Assembly: GCA_048940645.1 (NCBI GenBank)
Contig: JBHLOI010000021.1
Coordinates: 1 to 54,351 of the forward strand
Direction: 5' to 3'
Length of the DNA stretch: 54,351 nt
DNA from: Promethearchaeota archaeon
GTDB taxonomy: Archaea > Asgardarchaeota > Lokiarchaeia > Sigyniarchaeales > SOKP01
The position numbers and the translations under genes were made by a program. The notes under the pieces were generated by a model. That model had not been told where the DNA came from and did no database searches. It saw nothing but the letters and a program-made list of their open reading frames with translations. How positions within the stretch are numbered: the stretch's first letter is position 1; every line of letters starts with the position of its first letter. Below are positions 39,733 through 48,659 of the stretch, piece after piece.

Positions 39733-41421
39733 TTAAAATATTTGGGGACTCTGGTATTCTCCGAACACTTCTCTTAATACGTCGCAAATTTCTTGAATTG
39801 TAGCATAAGATTTAACCGTCTCTATCATCACTGGCATAATATTTTCTGTAGATTGGGCAATTTTTTTAAGTTCTTCTAATTTTTCTTTAACAATTTGATC
39901 ATCTCTTTTTCTTTTAAACTCTTTTAATGCTTCAATAATCTTCTTTTCTTCTTCTTGGTCCTGCTTAAATGTATCTATTTTACATTCTTCATCTGTACAA
40001 AATACATTTACGCCGATTACTTTGTTTAAGCTATGTTCAACTCTTTTCTGTTCTTTATATGCATTGTCTTGAATTTCTTGTTGAATGTAAGCTCTTTCAA
40101 TAGCTATTGGCATTCCACCCATTCTATCTATTTTTTCAATATATTCCATAGCTTTTTCTTCCAATTTTGAAGTTAAATATTCTATGTAATAAGAACCCCC
40201 TAAAGGATCAACCACATCAGTGATACCAGACTCATGAGCAAGAACTTGCTGTGTTCTTAGAGAGATTCTCACAGAATCTTCTGTAGGTAAGGCTAATGCT
40301 TCGTCTGCTCCACAAGTATGCAAGGATTGAGTTCCTCCTAAAATGGCAGCTAATGCTTGGAGAGTTACTCTTATGATATTTACATTTGGTTGTTGCGCAG
40401 TAAGGGTCACTCCAGCAGTTTGAGTATGAAATCGTAATCTTAGAGAATTTGGATCTTTTGCTTTAAATCTCTCCTTCATTATTGTTGCCCACAATCTTCT
40501 AGCTGCTCTTAATTTTGCTATTTCCTCGAAAAAGTAGTTATGTGTGGTGAAAAAGAAGGATAATCTTGAAGCAAATTCATCTATATCAATACCACGCTTT
40601 AAAACTTCCTCTACATAAGCAATACCGTCTGCTAAAGTAAATGCTATCTCTTGAACAGCATTACATCCCGCTTCCCTCATATGATAACCACTAATCGAAA
40701 TAGTATTGAAACGTGGTAACTTTTGAGAGCAATATTCGACAACATCTGCTACTAACCTTAATGATGACGTTGGAGGAAAGATATAAGTACCCCTTGCAAT
40801 ATATTCCTTTAAAATATCATTTTGAACAGTACCAGTTAATTGAGCAGGTTTAATACCTTGTTTTTCACCAACAGCAATATACATCGCTAATAATACTGCA
40901 GTTGGTGCATTAATAGTCATACTGGTCGAAACTTTATCTAGAGGAATGCCTTCAAAAACTTTTTCAAAATCCTTTAATGAATTTACAGTTACTCCAACTC
41001 TCCCTACTTCACCAATGCAAATTTGATTGTCTGAATTATAACCCATTTGAGTTGGAAGATCAAATGCAATTGATAATCCTTTTTGTCCTTGTGATATAAG
41101 ATATTTAAATCTTTGATTTGTTTTGGAGGCATCTGCAAATCCACCATACTGCCGCATTGTCCATACTTTTCCACGATACATATTGGGATACACTCCTCTT
41201 GTAAATGGCGGCTTTCCCGGAAACCCTATATCATTTAAATAATTAACATTTTCAATATCCTCTGGCCCATATAAATGTTTTAATGGAATCCCAGAAGGAG
41301 TTTCAAATTTATCTTTAATTTCTCCTTTTGCAACAAATTTATTTAAAATACTTTTTACCCATTCTTCGCTCTCAATTTTAATCTTATCAAGTTTATCTTT
41401 AGAAAACAATAATTTCACCAA
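39733..41421 (-). CDS. Methylmalonyl-CoA mutase, substrate-binding (large) subunit
   Basis: PFTRGVYPNMY, WTMRQYGGF (Tyr), GLSIAFDLPT, QNDILKEYIARG (Arg), ISISGYH, DPLGGSY; no B12-binding domain. Confidence 0.93.
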   Translation of the reverse strand: MVKLLFSKDKLDKIKIESEEWVKSILNKFVAKGEIKDKFETPSGIPLKHLYGPEDIENVNYLNDIGFPGKPPFTRGVYPNMYRGKVWTMRQYGGFADASKTNQRFKYLISQGQKGLSIAFDLPTQMGYNSDNQICIGEVGRVGVTVNSLKDFEKVFEGIPLDKVSTSMTINAPTAVLLAMYIAVGEKQGIKPAQLTGTVQNDILKEYIARGTYIFPPTSSLRLVADVVEYCSQKLPRFNTISISGYHMREAGCNAVQEIAFTLADGIAYVEEVLKRGIDIDEFASRLSFFFTTHNYFFEEIAKLRAARRLWATIMKERFKAKDPNSLRLRFHTQTAGVTLTAQQPNVNIIRVTLQALAAILGGTQSLHTCGADEALALPTEDSVRISLRTQQVLAHESGITDVVDPLGGSYYIEYLTSKLEEKAMEYIEKIDRMGGMPIAIERAYIQQEIQDNAYKEQKRVEHSLNKVIGVNVFCTDEECKIDTFKQDQEEEKKIIEALKEFKRKRDDQIVKEKLEELKKIAQSTENIMPVMIETVKSYATIQEICDVLREVFGEYQSPQIF

Positions 41422-41586
41422 CCTTGAAATGATTTCTACATATTTATTATAATTAATACAATTTACATTTATCCATTCTCTTACTATACCAAGAATTAAC
41501 TTTAATTGATTAATCTTTCATTTTTTTTCAAATAAATATGAATTTTTAAACGATAGATTTATATAGTATTCGTTCCATATAATATT

Positions 41587-41600
41587 GTACTATATAGTAC
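41587..41600. promoter_or_regulatory. Perfect 14-bp palindrome, candidate operator of the flavin reductase gene
   Basis: GTACTATATAGTAC lies between a TATA-like TTTATATA (about 41558-41565) and ATG 41624. Confidence 0.5.
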
Positions 41601-41623
41601 TATTGAAAATTATGGAGTAATAG

Positions 41624-42190
41624 ATGAAAAAGATTAAAACTGGTTGGAATTTACCCATTTTACCATTACCAATATGTATTGTAGGTGCACATGTAAATGG
41701 TAAACCAAACTTTAATACAGTAGCCTGGTTTAATATGCTAAGCTCAAAACCACCTTTAATTGGAGTAACTATGTTAAAAACGCATTACACTAATAAAGGT
41801 ATAAATGAGAATAAGTCCTTTAGCATTAATATTCCATCGTGTAGTATGGTTATAGCAACTGATTATTGTGGCCTATATTCTGGTGATAAAGTGGATAAAT
41901 CACAAATTTTTGATGTGTTTTATGGAGAACTTAAAACAGCTCCGATGATTAAAGAAGCCGTGTTTAATATTGAGTGTAAATTAGTTAATACTATAGACTT
42001 TAAAGATGATGATTTTTTTATTGGTGAAATTAACGAAGTCTATTCAGAAAAAAAAGAGTATCTTAAAAATCCATTAGATATAAAGAAATTAAATCTCTTT
42101 ATGTTTTTAATGCCAAATGGTCCATATTTGAAGGTTGGAGAGTATCTAGAAAAAGCATATGACGTTGGAAAAAATTATAAACCAAAATAG
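41624..42190 (+). CDS. Flavin reductase family protein (flavoredoxin-like)
   Basis: PLPICIVG, GKPNF, HYTN, DYCGLYSG, APMIKE, IECKL; GGAG SD. Confidence 0.88.
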   Translation: MKKIKTGWNLPILPLPICIVGAHVNGKPNFNTVAWFNMLSSKPPLIGVTMLKTHYTNKGINENKSFSINIPSCSMVIATDYCGLYSGDKVDKSQIFDVFYGELKTAPMIKEAVFNIECKLVNTIDFKDDDFFIGEINEVYSEKKEYLKNPLDIKKLNLFMFLMPNGPYLKVGEYLEKAYDVGKNYKPK

Positions 42191-42376
42191 TTAAAATTTC
42201 TATTTAATCTAATTTTATCTAATTTTTTTTTTAAGTGTATATTTCATTCCCTTAGAATGATTCCTATATTTTAATAATGATTTATATATTATGCATTTAT
42301 CATTCCTTTGTTAGATTAAGTATTTTTTTTAATTGGTCTTCTATAATTATTTAATTATCAAATAGGTATATAATAA

Positions 42377-43567
42377 ATGAAATTTATAGCATTTTTTGAG
42401 TTTCATATAGATAAGCTAGATAGTGTTCTTGAAACATGGTCAGAAACGAATCAAAATGTAAATAATTTAGAAATATATCCATTTCATATTTTGGCTGAAA
42501 GTTATAGAGAAATCACTGGTTTTGTTATATTCAAGTCTGAAACGATATTAAATCCTGAAATTGGGAAATTTTTAGCAAAGTACGTTCAAAAAGGTGTAGA
42601 TATTAAACTCATCCCAATCTGGAAAAACTCGAAACTTAAAAAGGAGCTCACGAAATTCATAGAAGCAAAACAAAAGACAGAACAACATTGGGAAGAATTT
42701 AAATACCAAAAGATTAAGAACATTGGTAAAACAAAGACTCTTGAAATTCTCCCACTTATAGATTGGCATTCTATAAGAGATGATTTAAAGGTTGAACTTG
42801 GTGTTTCTTATCTAATCAAGACAGATGAAAAAACAATACTATTTGATGTTGGATTGAACTCAGGAAAGAGTGACCCATCACCATTATTAATTAACATGGA
42901 TGTATTGGGGATCTTTATAGAGGACATTGATATTATTATTATTTCTCATAATCATGGTGATCATGTTGGCGGAGGAAAATGGTCTGAAAATAATACATTT
43001 TCTCTTTCAACTCATCAGATTGATCTTGGTGATATGAAGGTGTATACTCCAGTTCCAATGACTTATCCTGGATTGAATCCAATTTGCTCAGATAAACCTA
43101 TGGTTATTGCTAAAGGAGTTGCTACTATAGGAACGATATCTAATTCCTTATTTTTAATGGGTTTAGTACAAGAACAAGCACTAGCTATAAATGTTGAGGG
43201 AAAGGGAGTAGTGCTAGTAGTTGGATGTGGTCACCAAACCTTACCTAGAATAATTGAACGTACTGAAGCATTATTTGATGAACCTATTTATGGTCTTATC
43301 GGAGGGCTTCATTACCCAGTCAATGGTGGTCCTATTGAGATAATGGGATGGTTCCCTCATAAAATATTTGGAACTGGGAAGCTTCCATGGCAAGCGATTA
43401 CAATGGAAGAATTGGAAGAAAATATTAAATTTTTAAAGAGGAGAAACCCTAAGATAGTTTGTCTTTCTGCTCATGATAGTAGTGAAGTAAGTATAAAAGC
43501 ATTCCATGATGCGTTTCCAAAAGCTAGTAAAGATATTAACGTAGGAGAGAGAATTATCATCAGGTAG
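42377..43567 (+). CDS. MBL-fold metallo-hydrolase (MJ0301-like) with an extra N-terminal domain of about 100 aa
   Basis: LFDVG, SHNHGDHVGG, EQAL, GCGH, IGGLH, SAH. Confidence 0.85.
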   Translation: MKFIAFFEFHIDKLDSVLETWSETNQNVNNLEIYPFHILAESYREITGFVIFKSETILNPEIGKFLAKYVQKGVDIKLIPIWKNSKLKKELTKFIEAKQKTEQHWEEFKYQKIKNIGKTKTLEILPLIDWHSIRDDLKVELGVSYLIKTDEKTILFDVGLNSGKSDPSPLLINMDVLGIFIEDIDIIIISHNHGDHVGGGKWSENNTFSLSTHQIDLGDMKVYTPVPMTYPGLNPICSDKPMVIAKGVATIGTISNSLFLMGLVQEQALAINVEGKGVVLVVGCGHQTLPRIIERTEALFDEPIYGLIGGLHYPVNGGPIEIMGWFPHKIFGTGKLPWQAITMEELEENIKFLKRRNPKIVCLSAHDSSEVSIKAFHDAFPKASKDINVGERIIIR

Positions 43568-43913
43568 GTTCAAATACATAAGCATTTACTTCCTTACCAT
43601 CCAAATTATTACAAATTTTTTTATGAACAGCTTTTAATTTCATTCCTATTTTTAAATTATTTTGGGTTGTAATTTGTCCGATTGCTTTTATTCTATTTTC
43701 AAATTCTATCAGTCCAAGAGCATAAGAGCCATGATCCCTAAACTCTGCAGGAGGAGCAGTCAAAATTGTAAATGTTAATAGTTTTCCTTGACCTGATGCT
43801 TCTACTATTGAGAAGTTATCAGATTTACATTTTAAACATCTCAGATGGGTTTTATATTGTAAAAAACCACAGTTATTACATTTTCTCCATTCTAATATTT
43901 CTTCATTATTCAT
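43560..43913 (-). CDS. DUF35 Zn-ribbon/OB-fold protein
   Basis: KCNNCG...RCLKC, GQGKLLTFT, IGMKL; probable ATG 43913 (track TTG 43922). Confidence 0.85.
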   Translation of the reverse strand: MNNEEILEWRKCNNCGFLQYKTHLRCLKCKSDNFSIVEASGQGKLLTFTILTAPPAEFRDHGSYALGLIEFENRIKAIGQITTQNNLKIGMKLKAVHKKICNNLDGKEVNAYVFEPT

Positions 43914-43958
43914 TTTAATCAACGGTAATATTAAATATAACGAATATCATTAGTAAAT

Positions 43959-44516
43959 TTATCCCGTTAATTCGAGAGATAATGCTTTATGGTACAAGTC
44001 CTTGATAAGCGTGTTGAAGGCTTTAAATACTCCTTGACCTGTTTTTGCTGATGTATTAAAATACCCAAGAAAATTACGTTGGTCTACTATTTTTTGAGTG
44101 ATAATATGATCTAAATTGTTTTCATCCACTAGATCAATTTTATTAGCGAATAAAACAACAGGAATGCTCCCACAAAACCGTAAAATGTCATCGTGCCAAT
44201 TAGTAATGTTATTGAAACTACTTTTACCTAGATCATTTTCTTCAAGGCTATATACTATAATGGCAGCTCCACTATCCCTATAAAAAGAAGGTCGCAGAAA
44301 ACCGAAGTCATCTTGGCCAGCTATATCCCAAAATAATAATCTAATAGTATCTCCTTTAATTTCCTTATCATATTTAGAAAGTTGCGCACCGATAGTTTTT
44401 ATATATTCTGTATTAAATGTACCCTTTGTAAATCTTTTTAATAATGAAGTTTTTCCTACGCCCCAATTACCAATAACAGCAATCTTAAATTTAAAATCAA
44501 TACTAGTAGTGCTCAT
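43959..44516 (-). CDS. Rab-like small GTPase (paralogue 1)
   Basis: GNWGVGKTS, YIKTIG, WDIAGQ, NKID, TSAKTG. Confidence 0.95.
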   Translation of the reverse strand: MSTTSIDFKFKIAVIGNWGVGKTSLLKRFTKGTFNTEYIKTIGAQLSKYDKEIKGDTIRLLFWDIAGQDDFGFLRPSFYRDSGAAIIVYSLEENDLGKSSFNNITNWHDDILRFCGSIPVVLFANKIDLVDENNLDHIITQKIVDQRNFLGYFNTSAKTGQGVFKAFNTLIKDLYHKALSLELTG

Positions 44517-44562
44517 TGAATTGACTTATATAGAGATTAGTAAATTTTTTTGATTAATGAAT

Positions 44563-44590
44563 GATCAGATCTTTTTTAATATAAATCTTA
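44563..44590 (-). promoter_or_regulatory. Conserved GTPase promoter, copy 1
   Basis: + strand GATCAGATCTTTTTTAATATAAATCTTA aligns ungapped with 49264-49291 and 53184-53211; contains TTTATA on the minus strand. Confidence 0.6.
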
Positions 44591-44683
44591 ACTTATAAGA
44601 TAACTAATTATAACTTCATATTAAATAATCATAATCAAAAGATTGATTATTAAAAAAAAATATAAAAATCAAAAAAAAGCTCT

Positions 44684-45094
44684 TTAATTTATATATCTAA
44701 TTCCTTGAAAGTATTCTTGAGGAGAAAAGCCAAATAGTAAAGCCGCATGAAGTAATTGTAAATTAATTTCATCACTAGCACTAGAAATGCTTTCTTTGCT
44801 CATATCTGCTTCATTTAATTCTTTCAATCTTTTAAAAACCGAAGATTTAAGTTTCTTATACTTGCCAAAATATCCTCCATACGCGTTGAAAAGATTTACC
44901 ATCAACTCAATATCATTTTTAGGAAATCTTTTATAACATATTTCACAGATGACTCTACTATGAACTCCTGATTGGTAAAATGTTGCTCTATGTGTGATCT
45001 TCTCTTTACAAATATCACATTCTATTGAACTTAAATAGGAAGATTGATGTTGTTGTCCTTTTTTTTCCTTATCATCATGCAAAATTTGTTCCAA
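44684..45094 (-). CDS. Hypothetical protein with CxxC...CxxC zinc finger
   Basis: CDIC-x17-CEIC; TTG start with AGGTGA SD; A-run (minus-strand U-tract) after the stop. Confidence 0.78.
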   Translation of the reverse strand: MEQILHDDKEKKGQQHQSSYLSSIECDICKEKITHRATFYQSGVHSRVICEICYKRFPKNDIELMVNLFNAYGGYFGKYKKLKSSVFKRLKELNEADMSKESISSASDEINLQLLHAALLFGFSPQEYFQGIRYIN

Positions 45095-45141
45095 TTATAT
45101 ATCACCTTTCTAATTTTTTACCAGTCTTTAATTTCTTTAAA

Positions 45142-45357
45142 TTAAGTTTTAAATCTATCTGGATCTACATAATAATAATTTAAAGTTTCTTTCCATCTTT
45201 TCAAAGCTCTTTTTTTTCTAATCATTTTTGAATAAAAATCTTCTTTAATAATAGTGATGAGCTCACGCTTTACGTTCGAGTCATTTTCAGAATTTTCCTT
45301 AAAAATTTCATGCAAAAAATCTTTAATATCATACAAAATTATTTTACTTTCGATCAG
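45142..45357 (-). CDS. Small protein (71 aa) ending in RALKRWK-x3-NYYY-x2-PDxFK motif
   Basis: Track ORF 45142..45336 extended 7 codons to CTG 45357, which is 7 nt after GAGGTG. Confidence 0.75.
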   Translation of the reverse strand: MIESKIILYDIKDFLHEIFKENSENDSNVKRELITIIKEDFYSKMIRKKRALKRWKETLNYYYVDPDRFKT

Positions 45358-45375
45358 ACTATATCACCTCTCAAT

Positions 45376-45486
45376 CTAAAAATTCTTAATTCCACGTTTA
45401 AATTTGTCAGGATTTAAATAATAATAGTTAACCGATTTTTTCCACCTTTTTAAGGCACGATTTTTTTCTATTACATCTTCTGTCAA
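45376..45486 (-). CDS. Unannotated 36-aa microprotein MTEDVIEKNRALKRWKKSVNYYYLNPDKFKRGIKNF
   Basis: TTG start 7 nt after GGAGGTG; clear paralogy to the C-terminus of 45142..45357. Confidence 0.78.
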   Translation of the reverse strand: MTEDVIEKNRALKRWKKSVNYYYLNPDKFKRGIKNF

Positions 45487-45536
45487 AATTTAACACCTCC
45501 AATTTTTTTATAATTTTTTATATATAAATGATGTGT

Positions 45537-45580
45537 GGAGAGCTCAATTTGCTATACGGAATAAATCAATTGAGCTCTCC
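45537..45580. repeat. Perfect 13-bp inverted repeat (hairpin), 18-nt loop
   Basis: GGAGAGCTCAATT (45537-45549) / AATTGAGCTCTCC (45568-45580), GC-rich within an AT-rich intergenic region. Confidence 0.85.
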
Positions 45581-45647
45581 TTGATCTCGGCCCTCAATCT
45601 CTCTTATTTTGTTATTTTTTTAAATTATCGCTCAGGAAATATTATCC

Positions 45648-45890
45648 TTATATAACAGCTATAACTATCCAGGCAATTAGTATTAAACTAACAATTATAA
45701 CTGAATTAGTTAATATTACCTTAGTTAATCTAGATTTGCGGTTTATGTGTTTTTGAAACTTCTTAGTTCGTATATCTTTTCCATGAAAGTATACGAATCG
45801 GTGTTTTTCTCTTGAAATCTTATCATTTAAGCTTAGATTTTCCTCATTATTAGAATTTTTAACCAATTTTTCTACACTAACCTGCATCAT
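45648..45890 (-). CDS. Small tail-anchored membrane protein (80 aa)
   Basis: Basic soluble N-terminus; hydrophobic helix running to the C-terminus; AGGAG SD. Confidence 0.7.
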   Translation of the reverse strand: MMQVSVEKLVKNSNNEENLSLNDKISREKHRFVYFHGKDIRTKKFQKHINRKSRLTKVILTNSVIIVSLILIAWIVIAVI

Positions 45891-45933
45891 TTTTTTCTTA
45901 CTCCTTTTTTTTCTAAGATTAATTAGTTAGGGG

Positions 45934-45999
45934 GTGCATATATAGTTTATTCTTATGAACTATATCGGGAGTCTTATACTAATTATGGATTAGAGAACT
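45934..45999 (-). promoter_or_regulatory. Small-gene promoter A with 19-bp-periodic (GA/AT)ACT repeats
   Basis: GTGCATATATAGTTT (45934-45948), then GAACT 45957, ATACT 45976, GAACT 45995; homologous to 49491-49555 and 49764-49811. Confidence 0.6.
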
Positions 46000-46141
46000 T
46001 GCATTTTTCCTTAAAAATCTAAATTTAGAGAGTTCATAAGTATAGTAATGGTTTAGGAGGAATAAAGTTTAAATAGACTTTTATCTTATTATTAAATATT
46101 GACATAAAAATATCCCTAATAATAAAGTTAAAAGAAGATAT

Positions 46142-48046
46142 ATGGATGTATCAATTAATTATCCTCCAAAAGAACTATTAAAACCTACATTTGGTAGACG
46201 GAATTTTGAATTAATTATCCTATGGATGTTAAATAACAACGATTTTTGTACATGGGCAAGTCTTCAATCAAAAATTTCAAAGTCTACATTACAAGTTTAT
46301 TTAAAAAAATTAATGAAAAAGGGATTTATAACCAAAACTGCTTATAATGAATATCGAATTACCCCTGAGGGAAGAGATAAATATTATGAATTATCCGAAT
46401 TTAAAAGAGAAAAGAGAAGATTGAATTACCCCCCAAAAGTGATATTACGAAAAAGAAATTATGATCATTGGATTCTATGGATGGCTTTTAATAATAATTA
46501 TTGTAAATGGGCCGACTTTCTTCAAGAACCTCTTTCAATTAATCAATCTTCATTATCAATAAATATGAATTCATTAATTAATAATGGTTTTATAATTAAA
46601 GAAGAAAAAAAATATACCATCACTCAGTCAGGCAAGGCAGAATATTCTAGTATGTTGAAATATTATGATTTAGATAGACAAACAATTTTAGAGGAAGAGA
46701 GTAAGAGGATTAAGGAAATAACAAAAAAAACCATCAGTTTTTTTGATTATTACCAATTAGAGGATAAAGATATTAAATATAGGTATTTAAATAATGTTTT
46801 AAAGTTGCCTTACAAGGAAGTTGAATCAACATTAGAAAGTGAAGAGGAATTTAATAAAGTTTTACTATTTCTGTCAATTAATCATCCAGATGAGTTTCCT
46901 CATTATATATCTCCAAGAGAGTTTTCTCAAAAGTATGGTATTAAGCAGGTTAAACTTGAGTTTCTTATTCTTCGAATTGTTGAAGAAAATATTTACCCAA
47001 TCAAATTTTTTAAATTAAAGATAGGAAAAGACAAATACTATTATTTTCATGTAAATGAAAGATTAGAACGGATGCTTAATGCAATCGTTGAGGATCATAT
47101 CACTAAATTTACTTATTTGTGCAATTTATATGAAGAGGCACCAAAGGAAGCAATTTCATTATCACTAGAACTAATTATTAATGAAATATTGGCTGATATA
47201 TGTGGTCCACTATTCAATATTGGACTAAAAAAAAGCTTAAAAACATTTTTACCAGAATATATTGATTATTTGGCGTATAAAATTGAAGAAGAGAAGAAAT
47301 TAATCGATGTGTACGATAAATTAGAGGTCCTAATTTGGGAGAATATGTTAGATGTACTCCAATCAAAAACTTCGGGAATTTCGGATAATCAATTTAAAGA
47401 AGAACTTACAGAAATTAATAAAGCAATTAAACTAAACCCGAGAAATATTGATTTACATAATTCAAAAGTTAGAATTTTGATGTATTATGATCAATATCCT
47501 GAGGTATTAAAAGTATTAGACGATCTTCTCGAGATTTTTCCAGAAAATGAAAAGGATATTAAAATGAAAAAAGCATCTGTCCTTAAGAAAATGAGGAATA
47601 TTAAAGAGGGATTGATAATAATCAATGAGTTAATTAAAAAATATCCTGAAGACAACGATCTCCTTAGCTATAAAGCTTATTGGTTACAATATTTAAACAA
47701 AAAGGAAGAGGCATTTGACATTATGGAAAAGCTTATTAAAATTAAACCAGAACGGGGAATATATCATGATACTTATGGAGAGATTTTAATGAATTTTGGC
47801 TATTATGATAATGCCATTGAAGAATTTTCAAGAGCAATAGAAATAGAAAGTGAAGCGAGTTTTATATACCAAACTTATATTAAATCAGGAATTTGCTATA
47901 AAGAACTTGAAAATTATGATTTAGCAGTTGAAAATTTAAATAAAGGAAAAGAATTATTAAACCAAATTTCAAATGATATAGATACAAAACAAACATGGCT
48001 TTCAATCGCAAATCTCTTTCTTAGCGAAATAGAATATGAAAAATAA
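46142..48046 (+). CDS. Tandem winged-HTH + TPR protein (putative transcriptional regulator), paralogue 1
   Basis: Two N-terminal repeats NYPP...RN(Y/F)xxxILWMxxNNxxCxW...S(T/S)L...YxITxxG; C-terminal TPRs (YHDTYGEIL...AIEEFSRAIEIE). Confidence 0.85.
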   Translation: MDVSINYPPKELLKPTFGRRNFELIILWMLNNNDFCTWASLQSKISKSTLQVYLKKLMKKGFITKTAYNEYRITPEGRDKYYELSEFKREKRRLNYPPKVILRKRNYDHWILWMAFNNNYCKWADFLQEPLSINQSSLSINMNSLINNGFIIKEEKKYTITQSGKAEYSSMLKYYDLDRQTILEEESKRIKEITKKTISFFDYYQLEDKDIKYRYLNNVLKLPYKEVESTLESEEEFNKVLLFLSINHPDEFPHYISPREFSQKYGIKQVKLEFLILRIVEENIYPIKFFKLKIGKDKYYYFHVNERLERMLNAIVEDHITKFTYLCNLYEEAPKEAISLSLELIINEILADICGPLFNIGLKKSLKTFLPEYIDYLAYKIEEEKKLIDVYDKLEVLIWENMLDVLQSKTSGISDNQFKEELTEINKAIKLNPRNIDLHNSKVRILMYYDQYPEVLKVLDDLLEIFPENEKDIKMKKASVLKKMRNIKEGLIIINELIKKYPEDNDLLSYKAYWLQYLNKKEEAFDIMEKLIKIKPERGIYHDTYGEILMNFGYYDNAIEEFSRAIEIESEASFIYQTYIKSGICYKELENYDLAVENLNKGKELLNQISNDIDTKQTWLSIANLFLSEIEYEK

Positions 48047-48091
48047 TCTTGAGGAAAGATTCATAATTCATAATTTCCATTAAAAATGCAT

Positions 48092-48640
48092 TTATATTTG
48101 TGAAGATATTGCTTTATATTTATAATACAAATTCTTTATGATTGTATTAAATGCATCAATAACACCCTGGCCAGTTTTTGCTGAAGTAATAAAATATTCT
48201 AAAAATTTGTTTTTCTCAACTAATTCCTCAATCTTGGTAGTATCCAGACTCTCTTCGTCTATTAAATCAACTTTATTAGCGAAAATAACTACAGGGATAT
48301 TACCGCAATATCTTAGTAAGTCCTTATACCAATCTAATATATGGTTAAAACTAGTTTTACCAAGCTCATTTTCTTCGAGGCTATACACAATTATAGCTGC
48401 TTTACTGTCTTTGAAGAAAGAAGAATGTAAGAAGTGGAAATCATCTTGGCCAGCGATATCCCAGAAAAATAATTTAATGTTATCTCCATCGATTTTTTTA
48501 TCGTATACAGAGAATTGCGCCCCCATGGTTTTTATATAATCTTCCTGAAAGGACCCCTTTGTGAATTTTTTAATCAAAGATGTTTTTCCTACTCTTCCGT
48601 CCCCAATAACAGTAATTTTAAATTTAAATTTTTCTTTCAT
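48092..48640 (-). CDS. Rab-like small GTPase (paralogue 2)
   Basis: GDGRVGKTS, WDIAGQ, NKVD, TSAKTG. Confidence 0.95.
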   Translation of the reverse strand: MKEKFKFKITVIGDGRVGKTSLIKKFTKGSFQEDYIKTMGAQFSVYDKKIDGDNIKLFFWDIAGQDDFHFLHSSFFKDSKAAIIVYSLEENELGKTSFNHILDWYKDLLRYCGNIPVVIFANKVDLIDEESLDTTKIEELVEKNKFLEYFITSAKTGQGVIDAFNTIIKNLYYKYKAISSQI

Positions 48641-48659
48641 TGAATTTCATTTTTCTAAA

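Noticed and set aside
39733-41421. Mutase without a B12-binding domain as a possible truncation or isobutyryl-CoA mutase
   Set aside because: Split large/small subunits are normal in archaea, and the Tyr (RQY) and Arg specificity residues match methylmalonyl-CoA mutase.
45537-45580. Hairpin as SECIS element, CRISPR repeat, tRNA fragment or intrinsic terminator
   Set aside because: Single copy, no in-frame-UGA gene nearby, no cloverleaf and no adjacent U-tract.
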